The notes beneath the pieces are model-generated. The model was given only the letters and a program-made list of their open reading frames with translations. It did no database searches and was not told the origin of the DNA. The position numbers were made by a program, and so were the translations under genes. From a virus (Duplodnaviria > Caudoviricetes), in IMG/VR virus record IMGVR_UViG_3300030376_004479, positions 1 to 47,290 of that record: a DNA stretch of 47,290 bases. One strand, written 5' to 3'. Numbering within the stretch: position 1 is the stretch's first letter; every line of letters begins with the position of its first letter. This document shows, one piece after another, positions 14,667 through 24,986 of the stretch.

Positions 14667-16964
14667 ATGGCTACCAAACAAGAATTTCTCGATTCAATCA
14701 AAAGGCTAGAAGATAGAGTAGCTAGCCGTAAAGTATCAAGTGCAGTCGCACAAGCAAAAATAACTAAACTAATTTCAGAAGGTAAAAACAGGGAAGCTTA
14801 TCGTGTCTTTGAAGAATTACCTATTATGGAACAAATAGCTTTAAGCATTACACCAGGCTTTGGTGATGCTCTTGCAGCTTTCGAAACTGGTGAGTTTAAA
14901 ACCAGAGCAGATGAAAGGTTTGCACAAGATGATACTCTAGGAGGAATAGGCAACCTAGCTCTGTCAGGATTAGCAGGTGCTTCCTTGTTACCAATTGTTG
15001 GACCAATTGCTGGGGCAGCAGGTAAAGGCTTAGGACGTTTAGGTAAAAACTTTAGGGTAGATCCTGATATGCCTGGTGGTAGTGTTTCTGGTCCAACTAA
15101 CCCTACAAACGAGTACACAGGTACAAGACCAGAAAAAGATGGTGTCCAGTTCAAAGGACTAGCTTCCCCAAATATTGAAGCCTTGCGTAGTTTGAAAGCC
15201 GATAAAAAATATAATTTGCAAGATCTTGTTGAAGAACTAATGAGAAAAAATCCAGACAAAGTAGGTGAGCTTAGAGGTTTAGGAGTCATAAGTGATACAA
15301 AACCTACTCCAGCTGGCAGAGGTCAGATACCAATACTTACCACACAAGTAAAAAAGTTTTTCCCTAATATAGATGAAGTAACACCAGCAGGACTTGAATT
15401 GTTCATGCGCCCTAAACTGTCTTCTGCCTTAGAAGTAAGAAAATCTCCTGCAGTAATTAACAATAGTGCTGGTATCAGAACACCAGATTCAGATGAATTC
15501 TTATATCTTGTAGATGATGTAAATATGCAAAATTACAGTCTTGACCATACTAAAGATATGCGAAGCGAAGGTTTATTAGATGCTCCTGATAGTGTTGTTG
15601 CTTTTTCTTCAATAAAATCAAGACCTAATAGCTTTGAAGATGCTGCCTCTGGTCAACGTGTAGTAAGAAATGAATCCATACTCAATGCAGCTCAATCAGA
15701 TTATGTAGAGATGGCAGCTAAAGCACAATCACAGAGAAAAGATTTAGGCTTTTCAACTACTAATCCATTCAATAAGCCTAAATTAGACATAACTCCTGAA
15801 ATAAATGATCTAATAGATGATTTTAAAAGCTTGTTGAGCAAAAGAAATAAACTTGTAGAAAAAGCGAATGATGAAAAAGCTTTTAACCTATTATTTGAAG
15901 ATTACAAATTAGTCAATGGTAGTGTCAAAAAAGTTGAAGGACCTACCTTGCCAAAAGCGAGACTAACAACAGAAGAACAAGACTTTTTAAATTCAACTAT
16001 GTCGCAGAGTCCTGCAAAAAGACTCCAAAGAAACGAGATTGTTAGATTAGGCAACAAAATAAATGACCTTGAATTAAAATTAAAAACAAAACTTCAAGCA
16101 TCAAATCCTGGCCTTTACAACTCTGGCTTGTTAAAAACTCTCAACTTAAATGATGTTTCATATATAGACCGAGGTGATATGAGTGAAGGTTTGAAAAGAA
16201 TGTATGATCGTACTTTACATTACGGACAAACAAACAAAAACCCAATACAAAATTATTCAGCAGACATGATGGAGGTAGACCGTGATTATTATGGGTCATA
16301 TGGCGGTAAATTTACTGATGTTGAGACACGAGCTACAAATCCAGAAAGTGTGATACCAAAAGATGGTTTGTTTTTAAATAAAAAAGTAGATTTAGATGCT
16401 CTAGATGACAGTATCAAAAATGTTAATTTTGATGATAGTGATATAGTGCTGAAAAAAGATATGTATCAAAAAGGCAATTCGTCAGATTATTGGAAATTTG
16501 TAGTAAGAGATAAAGTAAACAGGCAAGCGCAAACAACAAATGATGACGTCTTTGTAATACCGCTAGATGAAATCAGAAGGTCTGGTGAAATAGGTGGTTC
16601 TAGTGGAAGTGATAGTATTAGGAACATCATTAAAAGTTATCAAAATCAAGGAAAAGAACTTCAAAAAATAGCCAAAGAATTAGGTTTACCTCCAGGCTCA
16701 GTACGTGAAATTGATACTGAGCGAATAGAGCCTTTCAGTCGTTACAATCCTGCTTATGATGAAGACGTTTACAACTTACTTGAAGACTACCAAGAGGGTC
16801 CTATACGTTTAGAAAACATGGAGCAACTTTTACAGCCTGCAAAACTAAACAGATATGAAATTGATCTTGACCCTGTGCGTAAAGCCTTGTCTGAAGGAAA
16901 AAGCATATTTAACATGAAAGAAGGAGGACCTGTAAGTATACAGTCTTTATTAAATAATTTATGA
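14667..16964 (+). CDS. Large putative internal/ejection protein
   Basis: 765 aa; Gly/Ala-rich hydrophobic hairpin near the N-terminus; C-terminal MKEGGPV; directly upstream of terL. Confidence 0.5.
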   Translation: MATKQEFLDSIKRLEDRVASRKVSSAVAQAKITKLISEGKNREAYRVFEELPIMEQIALSITPGFGDALAAFETGEFKTRADERFAQDDTLGGIGNLALSGLAGASLLPIVGPIAGAAGKGLGRLGKNFRVDPDMPGGSVSGPTNPTNEYTGTRPEKDGVQFKGLASPNIEALRSLKADKKYNLQDLVEELMRKNPDKVGELRGLGVISDTKPTPAGRGQIPILTTQVKKFFPNIDEVTPAGLELFMRPKLSSALEVRKSPAVINNSAGIRTPDSDEFLYLVDDVNMQNYSLDHTKDMRSEGLLDAPDSVVAFSSIKSRPNSFEDAASGQRVVRNESILNAAQSDYVEMAAKAQSQRKDLGFSTTNPFNKPKLDITPEINDLIDDFKSLLSKRNKLVEKANDEKAFNLLFEDYKLVNGSVKKVEGPTLPKARLTTEEQDFLNSTMSQSPAKRLQRNEIVRLGNKINDLELKLKTKLQASNPGLYNSGLLKTLNLNDVSYIDRGDMSEGLKRMYDRTLHYGQTNKNPIQNYSADMMEVDRDYYGSYGGKFTDVETRATNPESVIPKDGLFLNKKVDLDALDDSIKNVNFDDSDIVLKKDMYQKGNSSDYWKFVVRDKVNRQAQTTNDDVFVIPLDEIRRSGEIGGSSGSDSIRNIIKSYQNQGKELQKIAKELGLPPGSVREIDTERIEPFSRYNPAYDEDVYNLLEDYQEGPIRLENMEQLLQPAKLNRYEIDLDPVRKALSEGKSIFNMKEGGPVSIQSLLNNL

Positions 16965-18421
16965 CATTACAAAGCTTATCAGATGCCGAGCTTAGAGAGG
17001 CGCTGCTACTAAAAGAACGACTAGAGTTACTAAAAAAACAAGAAACCTGTCAAGAAGGTTTTATGGATTTTATAGAACACATCTGGCCTGAGTTCATCTG
17101 TGGCCGACATCATAAAATATTTGCCCAAAAGCTTGAGGATATTGCAACAGGCAAGATCAACCGTTTGATCGTTAATATGCCACCTAGACATACAAAGTCT
17201 GAGTTCGCTTCAACCTACTTTCCTGCTTGGGTAATGGGACGCTTTCCAAACAAGAAGATTATGCAAACCACTCACACAGGTGAGCTGGCTGTCAGGTTTG
17301 GTCGTAAAGTCAGAAACTTGATGGATACCGAAGAGTATGCAGGCATCTTTCCTGATGTGACTCTATCGGCTGACTCTAAATCCGCTGGTCGTTGGGAGAC
17401 TAACAAAGGGGGCGAATACTTCGCTGCTGGTGTAGGCGGAGCTATTACAGGTCGTGGTGCGGACTTACTAATAATAGATGACCCACACTCAGAACAAGAT
17501 GCTCTTAGTATGAATGCTATGGAAGGCGCTTGGGAATGGTATACCTCTGGACCTCGTCAACGTTTACAACCAAAAGGAGCCATAGTTTTAGTTATGACTC
17601 GTTGGAGTCAAATAGATTTAACACAAAGATTGCTTGATGCTCAGAAAGAACCTATGGCTGATCAATGGGAAGTGATAGAGTTTCCTGCTATTTTTCCTGA
17701 TACTGAAAATCCTCTATGGCCAGAGTTTTGGCCAATAGACGAATTGTTAAAAGTTAAAGCTTCTTTGCCTGGTATTAAATGGAATGCTCAATGGATGCAA
17801 ACTCCAACCGCAGAAGAGGGCTCTATCATCAAAAGGGATTGGTGGAATGAATGGACACACGATAGTCTGCCAGCTGTTCAGTATATAATACAATCATATG
17901 ACACGGCTTTTAGTAAGAAACAAACAGCGGACTTCAGCGCCATATCTACTTGGGGTGTGTTTAGGCCATCTGATGATGCGCCCGATTCTATTATCCTACT
18001 TGACTGTCAGAAAGGTCGTTGGGATTTCCCAGACTTAAAAAGTAAGGCTATGGAAGAATATAAGTATTGGGATCCTGATATGGTCTTGATAGAAGCTAAA
18101 GCTTCAGGCACACCTTTAACACATGAGTTGCGTAGACAAGGTATACCAGTAGTTAACTATTCTCCATCACGTGGTCACGACAAACATTCTCGTATGCATG
18201 CCGTAGCTCCAATCTTTGAGTCAGGTTTAGTCTGGGCACCAAAGAAACAATTTGCTGATGACATGATTGAAGAATGTGCTTCGTTTCCTTTCTCTGCACA
18301 TGATGACCTCTGTGATACAATGACTCAAGCCTTGATGCGTTTTCGTGAAGGTGGTTTAGTTTCACTAGGAACAGACTATGAAGATGAAGACAAAGCACCA
18401 ATAAAGAGGGTATATTATTAA
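16961..18421 (+). CDS. terL: Terminase large subunit
   Basis: MPPRHTKS Walker A, LLIIDDPH Walker B, SYDTA and HDDLCD RNase H-like nuclease motifs. Confidence 0.95.
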   Translation: MTLQSLSDAELREALLLKERLELLKKQETCQEGFMDFIEHIWPEFICGRHHKIFAQKLEDIATGKINRLIVNMPPRHTKSEFASTYFPAWVMGRFPNKKIMQTTHTGELAVRFGRKVRNLMDTEEYAGIFPDVTLSADSKSAGRWETNKGGEYFAAGVGGAITGRGADLLIIDDPHSEQDALSMNAMEGAWEWYTSGPRQRLQPKGAIVLVMTRWSQIDLTQRLLDAQKEPMADQWEVIEFPAIFPDTENPLWPEFWPIDELLKVKASLPGIKWNAQWMQTPTAEEGSIIKRDWWNEWTHDSLPAVQYIIQSYDTAFSKKQTADFSAISTWGVFRPSDDAPDSIILLDCQKGRWDFPDLKSKAMEEYKYWDPDMVLIEAKASGTPLTHELRRQGIPVVNYSPSRGHDKHSRMHAVAPIFESGLVWAPKKQFADDMIEECASFPFSAHDDLCDTMTQALMRFREGGLVSLGTDYEDEDKAPIKRVYY

Positions 18422-18422
18422 C

Positions 18423-18602
18423 ATGATTCAGTTCTATTTAACAGAGTATGAAGTAGATGGCCGACTTAAAGATGGCCCGATAATAATGGCATCTTCACTA
18501 GAGGTTGCTAATATACAGGCAAAAGAACTAAAATTAACACTAGTTGGCGAAATGTTTCCTTTATTGGATATAGCCGACCTGAACACACAACAAGTACATT
18601 AA
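18423..18602 (+). CDS. 59-aa hypothetical protein (not in ORF track)
   Basis: MIQFYLTEYEVDGRLKDGPIIMASS..QQVH fills the terL-portal gap; TAATG overlap. Confidence 0.6.
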   Translation: MIQFYLTEYEVDGRLKDGPIIMASSLEVANIQAKELKLTLVGEMFPLLDIADLNTQQVH

Positions 18603-21064
18603 TGATAGAAAGACAAGACGGCACACCAATAGTAGCTAACACACCTGAAGAACAAGAATTTTTAGAAGATGTAGAGTTAGTACAGCCTTCTGATGAGCAA
18701 GGTTTTACTATGATGGAAGATGGAAGCGCTATCTTGGGTGAAGAAGTTGAAGAAACAAGCGTTGGTGGCTTTGATGATAACTTAGCAGAATCAATAGAAG
18801 AGTCAGAACTTAACAAAATAGCTTCTGATCTTATTGCTGGTATAGAAGCTGACAAATCATCAAGAGAAGATTGGGAAAAAACTTACAAAGACGGCCTGAA
18901 ATACTTAGGTATGAAGTTCGATGAAGACAGATCAGAGCCATTTGAAGGTGCTTCAGGTGTTATACACCCTTTGCTAGGCGAAGCAGTAACATCTTTTCAA
19001 GCTCAGGCTTATAAAGAGTTATTACCTTCAGGTGGTCCTGTCAAAACTCAAGTAGTCGGTAACTACGATTCTAATGTAGAGCTTCAAGCACAAAGGGTAA
19101 AAGAGTTTATGAACTATCAGATCGTTCATAAAATGGAAGAATACGACCAAGAACTAGATCAATTACTATTTTATCTGCCTTTAGCGGGTTCAGCATTCAA
19201 AAAAATCTATTATGACGAGACTTTAGGACGTGCTGTTTCAAAATTTGTAGCACCTGAAGACTTAATAGTGCCATATTACACGACAGATCTAGAATCTTGT
19301 GGCCGTATTACAAATATTGTCAAATTATCCGAGAATGAAGTCAAAAAACTACAAAATGTTGGTTTTTATCGTGATGTTTCTATAGAGCTCGGTGATGATG
19401 CTACAAGAACAAGTGAAGTAAGTGAAGAATTAGACAAATTGACAGGTATGCAACCTAGCTATGATGATGGTGAAGTCGCAGTACTTTATGAAATACATGC
19501 AAATTTAGACATTCCAGGCTTTGAGGATATGGGAGCTGATGGTCCAACAGGAGTAAAACTACCATATATAGTTACAATTGACTCCAATTCTAATCAAGTT
19601 CTTTCTATTAGAAGAAACTTCAAAGAAGAAGATCCTCTTAAAAACAAAATTGAATATTTCGTACATTTTAAATTTTTGCCAGGTCTAGGCTTTTATGGTT
19701 TTGGACTGACACACATGATAGGTGGACTTTCGAAAGCATCTACATCCATTATGAGGCAATTAATTGATGCAGGTACCCTTGCAAACCTGCCTGCTGGGTT
19801 TAAGACAAGAGGTATAAGGATAAGGGATGAAGATACACCCTTACAGCCTGGAGAATTCAGAGATGTAGATGCCCCTGGTGGTTCTTTAAGAGAATCTATA
19901 CAACCACTACCGTTCAAAGAGCCAAGCGGTACTTTGCTTAATCTCTTAGGAATTTTAGTTGACTCAGGTAAAACCTTCGCATCTATAGCAGAAATAAATA
20001 CAGGTCAAGGAAACTCACAAGCACCAGTTGGAACTACAATGGCTTTGCTAGAAAGATCAACAAAAGTTTTGTCAGCCATACACAAGAGGTTGCATAACGC
20101 TCAACGTAAAGAATTTAAAATATTATCTAACGTATTCCAAGAATATTTGCCAAATGAGTACCCATACATGACACCAGAAGGTAATCAAGAAGTTGGTGCA
20201 CAAGATTTTAATGAAAGAGTAGATATTATACCTGTCTCAAATCCTGATATTTTTAGCACCGCACAAAGAATAGCTATGGCACAAGAAATGATGCAGTTGG
20301 TGAACTCTAATCCTCAAATACATGGGCCAGACGGTGTTTATGAATCATACCGAAGAATGTATGCAGCTATTGGCGTAGAGAATCCTGATCAATTACTAGT
20401 GCCACCGCCAAGTACTGAACCACAACCTATTGAAGCAGGTATGGAAAATAATATGTTATTGATGGGTCAACCTGCACAAGCATTTCCTGAACAAAATCAT
20501 GATGCGCATATATCTGTGCACATGAGTTTATTGAATACACCACCAGTTCAGTCTAATGCTGCTATACAAGCTATGATCCATTCTCATATTATGCAACATT
20601 TACAAATGAAAGCAGATAATTTAGGTATGCAACAGATGCCACCTGAGTTAAAACAACAATACGATCAATTAGAGGCACAACTACAAGAAATACCAGAACA
20701 ACAACAAGCACAAGTACAAGCACAAATGCAACAAATGGTTTCTCAGTTTTCTGCACCAATCTTAGCTGAGTTAATGGTTGAATTTACTGAACAAATATCT
20801 GCACCTGCTGATGAAGATCCGTTAGTAACAATAAGAAAACAGGAACTTGCTCTCAAAGGTCAAGAACTACAGCAAGAACAACAACAATTTATCGCTGATC
20901 AACAAAGAAGAAGAGATGAAAGTGTAAGAGAAGATCAGATTGATGTGCAAAGAATACAAACACAACAAGATATAGCTGATGAAAAAGCTGAACTAACTCG
21001 TGATCGTATGGAAATGCAAAAACAACTTAAAATGCAAGATTTAATTCAAAAATACCAAAAGTAA
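18602..21064 (+). CDS. Portal protein
   Basis: 820 aa after terL; PFEGASGVIHPLL, LPLAGSAFKKIYYD, GFYGFGL; Q-rich C-terminal coiled coil like the P22 portal barrel. Confidence 0.88.
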   Translation: MIERQDGTPIVANTPEEQEFLEDVELVQPSDEQGFTMMEDGSAILGEEVEETSVGGFDDNLAESIEESELNKIASDLIAGIEADKSSREDWEKTYKDGLKYLGMKFDEDRSEPFEGASGVIHPLLGEAVTSFQAQAYKELLPSGGPVKTQVVGNYDSNVELQAQRVKEFMNYQIVHKMEEYDQELDQLLFYLPLAGSAFKKIYYDETLGRAVSKFVAPEDLIVPYYTTDLESCGRITNIVKLSENEVKKLQNVGFYRDVSIELGDDATRTSEVSEELDKLTGMQPSYDDGEVAVLYEIHANLDIPGFEDMGADGPTGVKLPYIVTIDSNSNQVLSIRRNFKEEDPLKNKIEYFVHFKFLPGLGFYGFGLTHMIGGLSKASTSIMRQLIDAGTLANLPAGFKTRGIRIRDEDTPLQPGEFRDVDAPGGSLRESIQPLPFKEPSGTLLNLLGILVDSGKTFASIAEINTGQGNSQAPVGTTMALLERSTKVLSAIHKRLHNAQRKEFKILSNVFQEYLPNEYPYMTPEGNQEVGAQDFNERVDIIPVSNPDIFSTAQRIAMAQEMMQLVNSNPQIHGPDGVYESYRRMYAAIGVENPDQLLVPPPSTEPQPIEAGMENNMLLMGQPAQAFPEQNHDAHISVHMSLLNTPPVQSNAAIQAMIHSHIMQHLQMKADNLGMQQMPPELKQQYDQLEAQLQEIPEQQQAQVQAQMQQMVSQFSAPILAELMVEFTEQISAPADEDPLVTIRKQELALKGQELQQEQQQFIADQQRRRDESVREDQIDVQRIQTQQDIADEKAELTRDRMEMQKQLKMQDLIQKYQK

Positions 21065-21081
21065 CTTATAATACAAAAATA

Positions 21082-21246
21082 ATGAAAATATTAAAAAAGC
21101 AAAGCTACAGCAACAAAGGTAGCGTTCCTCTTAAAAAAACTGAAAAAGTATCCGTGAACACTAACCCTCAACCTGGTATGGGTAAGGGTAAAGTACGAGG
21201 CGCTGGAATAGCAGAGTTTGGTACGAAGTTTTCAGGCGTTTATTGA
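21082..21246 (+). CDS. 54-aa basic virion-associated peptide (not in ORF track)
   Basis: ...GMGKGKVRGAGIAEFGTKFSGVY; TGATG overlap with next gene. Confidence 0.6.
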   Translation: MKILKKQSYSNKGSVPLKKTEKVSVNTNPQPGMGKGKVRGAGIAEFGTKFSGVY

Positions 21247-21461
21247 TGTCAGTTCTTTGGTTAAGAGAAAAACTCAAAAAAGAGCTTCATGAACAACAAG
21301 AAGCCGTAAAAGACACATTACTGGCTGGTGTCAAAGATATTGGTCAATATGAGTTTCTACGTGGACAATATACAGCTCTGGTCCAAGTAGAAATAAAATT
21401 AAGAGAGCTGCTTGGAAAAGTAATAGAAGATGACGAAGACGAACAAGGTGGTCATTCCTGA
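21246..21461 (+). CDS. Conserved small head-module protein
   Basis: L.AGVKDIGQYEFLRGQ pattern between portal and GroES. Confidence 0.6.
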   Translation: MSVLWLREKLKKELHEQQEAVKDTLLAGVKDIGQYEFLRGQYTALVQVEIKLRELLGKVIEDDEDEQGGHS

Positions 21462-21930
21462 TCACGTCGCAAAAGAAATCGAAAAAGAAAATGCTTCAAT
21501 TTCAGAAACTGTTCAAAAGACAGGTGAAGATGTTGAAAAGGCCTATGTCGATCCTGGTGTCAAAGTATTAGACCCCACTCTACTCGACAAATCAGCTTTA
21601 GAAAGAATGCCAACACCTACAGGGTGGCGTATGTTGATACTGCCATTTGCAGGTATGGGTATGTCTAAAGGTGGAATCATTATGACAAAAGATACGGTTG
21701 ATCGTGAAAGACTTTCAACGGTATGTGCTTATGTGGTAAAGATGGGTCCTCTTTGTTATCAAGATGCTAAGTTTGGTAACAAGGCTTGGTGTAAAGAAAA
21801 ACAATGGGTATTGATTGGCCGTTATGCTGGTGCTCGTTTCAAGCTTGGTGATGACGCAGAATGCAGAATTATTAATGATGATGAAGTGATAGCAACCATA
21901 CACGATCCAACCGATATCGTTGCAGTATAG
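21430..21930 (+). CDS. groES: Co-chaperonin GroES (Cpn10)-like
   Basis: PTGWRMLI..KGGII..VVKMGP..VLIGRYAG..IINDDEVIA. Confidence 0.85.
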   Translation: MTKTNKVVIPDHVAKEIEKENASISETVQKTGEDVEKAYVDPGVKVLDPTLLDKSALERMPTPTGWRMLILPFAGMGMSKGGIIMTKDTVDRERLSTVCAYVVKMGPLCYQDAKFGNKAWCKEKQWVLIGRYAGARFKLGDDAECRIINDDEVIATIHDPTDIVAV

Positions 21931-21938
21931 GAGTAATT

Positions 21939-22850
21939 ATGAGTGAAGAAGTAAAAAAAGACGAATCTCTAGAAGAAGAAACAGTTGTAGAACTGGAAGA
22001 AGAACAGAGTGAATCCGAAGATGCTGAAGTCGTAGAAGAAGTTGTAAGTGAGCCAGAAGAATCTGAAGAAAAAGACGAGCACGAACAATATTCTGATCGA
22101 GTTCAGAAACGTATAGCAACCTTAACACGAAGGTTGAGAGAAGCAGAAAGAGCAAGTGAATCTGCTTTTACTTATGCTAACCAGCTACAAGAAGAGAATA
22201 AAAACCTTAAAGTAAAAACATCTCAATCTGATAAATCATACTTGTCAGAAGCTGAAAACAGATTAAAGTCGCAAAAAGCACAAGCAAAGTCTGCTTTAAA
22301 AGCTGCTTACGAGGAACAAGACTTTGATAAGGTAGCACAAGCACAAGATATAATTGCAAAGATTGCAGTTGAAGAAAGCAAGATTGAATCTTCTAAATCT
22401 CAATTGGAATATCAAGAAGAACAGAAAGCACAAGAGCAAGAAGTTGTTCAACCGCAGGCTCAAATGCAGACTGCACAACCAGCTCCAATGCCTGAGCCTG
22501 ATGAAAAGGCTACAGCTTGGGCAGAAAAAAACGAGTGGTTTGGTACTGACGAAATCATGACTAACGCTGCTTTTACAATTCATAAACAATTAGTAGAAGA
22601 CGAAGGATTTGATCCGAAGAGCGATGAGTATTATACTGAGGTTGATAACAGGCTTCGTGCTAGGTTTCCAAATGATTTTTCTAAATCAGAAAACACAAAG
22701 AAACCAACACAAAGAGTTGCTTCAGCAGGTAGAGCAGATACAACTGCAAAGCCAAGCAAAAAGCAAGTAAGATTATCGCCTTCTGAAGTTCAGATGGCAA
22801 AAAAATTAAACGTACCTCTTAATGAGTACGCAAAATTCGTAAAAAGGTAA
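21939..22850 (+). CDS. Capsid scaffolding protein
   Basis: Acidic N-terminus, long coiled coil, WAEKNEWFG, C-terminal AKKLNVPLNEYAK; upstream of capsid genes. Confidence 0.7.
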   Translation: MSEEVKKDESLEEETVVELEEEQSESEDAEVVEEVVSEPEESEEKDEHEQYSDRVQKRIATLTRRLREAERASESAFTYANQLQEENKNLKVKTSQSDKSYLSEAENRLKSQKAQAKSALKAAYEEQDFDKVAQAQDIIAKIAVEESKIESSKSQLEYQEEQKAQEQEVVQPQAQMQTAQPAPMPEPDEKATAWAEKNEWFGTDEIMTNAAFTIHKQLVEDEGFDPKSDEYYTEVDNRLRARFPNDFSKSENTKKPTQRVASAGRADTTAKPSKKQVRLSPSEVQMAKKLNVPLNEYAKFVKR

Positions 22851-22855
22851 TAGAT

Positions 22856-23347
22856 ATGAATAGAGACGATAAGGGTAGGTTTTTAAAACCAGAAAATGAC
22901 AGAACGACCCGTTCTGCTGATACTCGTGCTAAAGACGTAGCACGCAAACCTTGGGCTCCACCGAGCACATTGGATACTCCACCCGCCCCTGAAGGCTATG
23001 TCTACAGGTGGATTAGGGCAGAGACTTTAAACCAAGAAGATAGGAAGAATGTAATGTCTAGACTTCGTGAAGGTTTCGAACTTGTTCGAGCTGAAGAGGT
23101 TACAGATTTTGAACTTCCTAGCATCATGGATGGTAAGCACGCAGGAGTAATTGGTGTAGGGGGCTTATTATTAGCTAAGATTCCACTAGAGACAAGAGAA
23201 GAACGTAACTCTTATTATCAAAGCAGAAGCAGAACTATGCAGGAAGCTATCGATAATGATCTATTGAAGGAATCTGATGCTCGTTCTCCAATTATGTCTC
23301 CGAGGAGAACTTCTTCAGTAACATTCGGGGGCGGTAAACGAAAATAA
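22856..23347 (+). CDS. Conserved head-module protein
   Basis: WAPPSTL..PEGYVYRWIR..LREGFELV..GVGGLLLAKIP. Confidence 0.6.
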   Translation: MNRDDKGRFLKPENDRTTRSADTRAKDVARKPWAPPSTLDTPPAPEGYVYRWIRAETLNQEDRKNVMSRLREGFELVRAEEVTDFELPSIMDGKHAGVIGVGGLLLAKIPLETREERNSYYQSRSRTMQEAIDNDLLKESDARSPIMSPRRTSSVTFGGGKRK

Positions 23348-23366
23348 TATATAAGGAAAAAATATT

Positions 23367-23933
23367 ATGGCAAACCCAGATAAACCTAATGGCTTTAGAC
23401 TTGTTGGTAAGTTAGGAAGTGCACCACAAAATAATGGTTGTACTGAATATCAGATCGCAAGTGGACAAGCAGGTTCAATTTTCTCTGGAGATCCTGTTCA
23501 AATGTTGACAGGCGGTACCATTAGCGTCGTTAATTCAGCTACTACCGTCAAGATACTAGGGATCTTCCGTGGTTGTAAATTCGTTGACACAGATGGAAGT
23601 ATTACTTACAAAGCACACTTTCCAAACGGTCAAACATCTACATCCACAATTATCGCTTTAGTAGAGGACAATCCAGAAAACCTCTACGAAGTTCAAAGTA
23701 AAGGCTCACTCGCTTTAACCGATGTGGGCGCAAATGTTGATTTAGGTACATATGTAGCTGGTGATACAGTATCTGGCCAATCTAAGGCTGAGATAAATGA
23801 TACATCAACGGCTAGTGCTGCACAATTTAGAATTATTAGTAAGGTTAACGCTCCTGATAATGATTTTGGCACAAACGTAAAAATGGTAGTAAAAATCAAC
23901 GAGCATGCATACAGCAACTTAGCTGGTGTCTAA
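23367..23933 (+). CDS. Capsid decoration / minor capsid protein
   Basis: MANPDKPNGFR..IFSGDPV..GIFRGC; beta-rich; immediately upstream of the MCP. Confidence 0.6.
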   Translation: MANPDKPNGFRLVGKLGSAPQNNGCTEYQIASGQAGSIFSGDPVQMLTGGTISVVNSATTVKILGIFRGCKFVDTDGSITYKAHFPNGQTSTSTIIALVEDNPENLYEVQSKGSLALTDVGANVDLGTYVAGDTVSGQSKAEINDTSTASAAQFRIISKVNAPDNDFGTNVKMVVKINEHAYSNLAGV

Positions 23934-23948
23934 TAATAGGAGTAAATA

Positions 23949-24857
23949 ATGGCAATTAATAGATCGCAATTAGCAAAAGAATTAGAGCCAGGCTTAAACG
24001 CTTTATTTGGTATGGAGTATGCTAGATACGACAATGAGCACGCTGAAATCTTCGAGCAAGAGTCATCTGACAGAGCGTTTGAAGAAGAAGTACAAATTGT
24101 TGGATTTGGTAACGCCCCTGATAAAGCAGAAGGTGCTGGTATATCTTATGACAACGCAAGTGAAGGCTTTACCGCAAGGTATGAGCATGAAACAGTTGCG
24201 TTAGCATTCGCACTTACTGAAGAAGCAGTAGAGGATAATTTGTATGACAGACTTGGTTCTAGATATACTAAAGCATTAGCTAGAAGTATGGCTAATACCA
24301 AGCAGATCAAAGCTGCAAACATCCTAAACAATGCTTTCTCAGCAGCTGCACCTGGAGGTGACGGAAAACCTTTAGTTGCATCTGATCACCCATTAGTTGG
24401 TGGTGGTGTTGGAGCTAACAGAGCAGCAGTTTTTGCTGACTTGAATGAAACTTCACTTGAAGATACGCTTATCAGAATCTCAACTCAGGTTGACGATAGA
24501 GGATTAGCAATTGCTTTACAAGGAACTAAGCTTATCATTCCACCACAATTACAATTTGTGGCAGATAGAATTCTTAATTCCCCAGGTCAATCTGGTACAG
24601 CCAACAATGACCTTAACGCTATGAAAAATATGGGAATGTTCCCTGAAGGGTATGTGGTTAACCACTATCTAACAGACCCAGATGCTTTCTTCGTTAAGTC
24701 AGACTGTCCAGACGGCTTTAAGCATTTTGTTAGATCACCTATGCAAACATCACTTGAAGGTGATTTTGATACAGGAAATCTAAGATACAAAGCTAGAGAG
24801 AGATATTCATTTGGATTCTCAAACTGGAGATGTGTCGATGCTTCACAAGGTGCATAA
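23949..24857 (+). CDS. Major capsid protein (HK97 fold, Mu gpT-like)
   Basis: MAINRSQLAKELEPGLNALFGMEY..KLIIPPQL..NHYLTD..DFDTGNLRYKARERYSFG; followed by a strong terminator. Confidence 0.9.
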   Translation: MAINRSQLAKELEPGLNALFGMEYARYDNEHAEIFEQESSDRAFEEEVQIVGFGNAPDKAEGAGISYDNASEGFTARYEHETVALAFALTEEAVEDNLYDRLGSRYTKALARSMANTKQIKAANILNNAFSAAAPGGDGKPLVASDHPLVGGGVGANRAAVFADLNETSLEDTLIRISTQVDDRGLAIALQGTKLIIPPQLQFVADRILNSPGQSGTANNDLNAMKNMGMFPEGYVVNHYLTDPDAFFVKSDCPDGFKHFVRSPMQTSLEGDFDTGNLRYKARERYSFGFSNWRCVDASQGA

Positions 24858-24875
24858 CTAAACCTTGTACCCCTC

Positions 24876-24901
24876 AAGGGAGCTTTCGGGCTCCCTTTTT
24901 T
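24876..24901 (+). terminator. Rho-independent terminator after the MCP gene
   Basis: AAGGGAGCT-TTCG-GGCTCCCTTTTTT. Confidence 0.85.
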
Positions 24902-24986
24902 ATTGCTTAATTATCTAAACAGAGTTACACTCAAATAAATTATGGCATTTAGCAAATAAATGCTGGTCCAAGGAGGACTGTAATTT

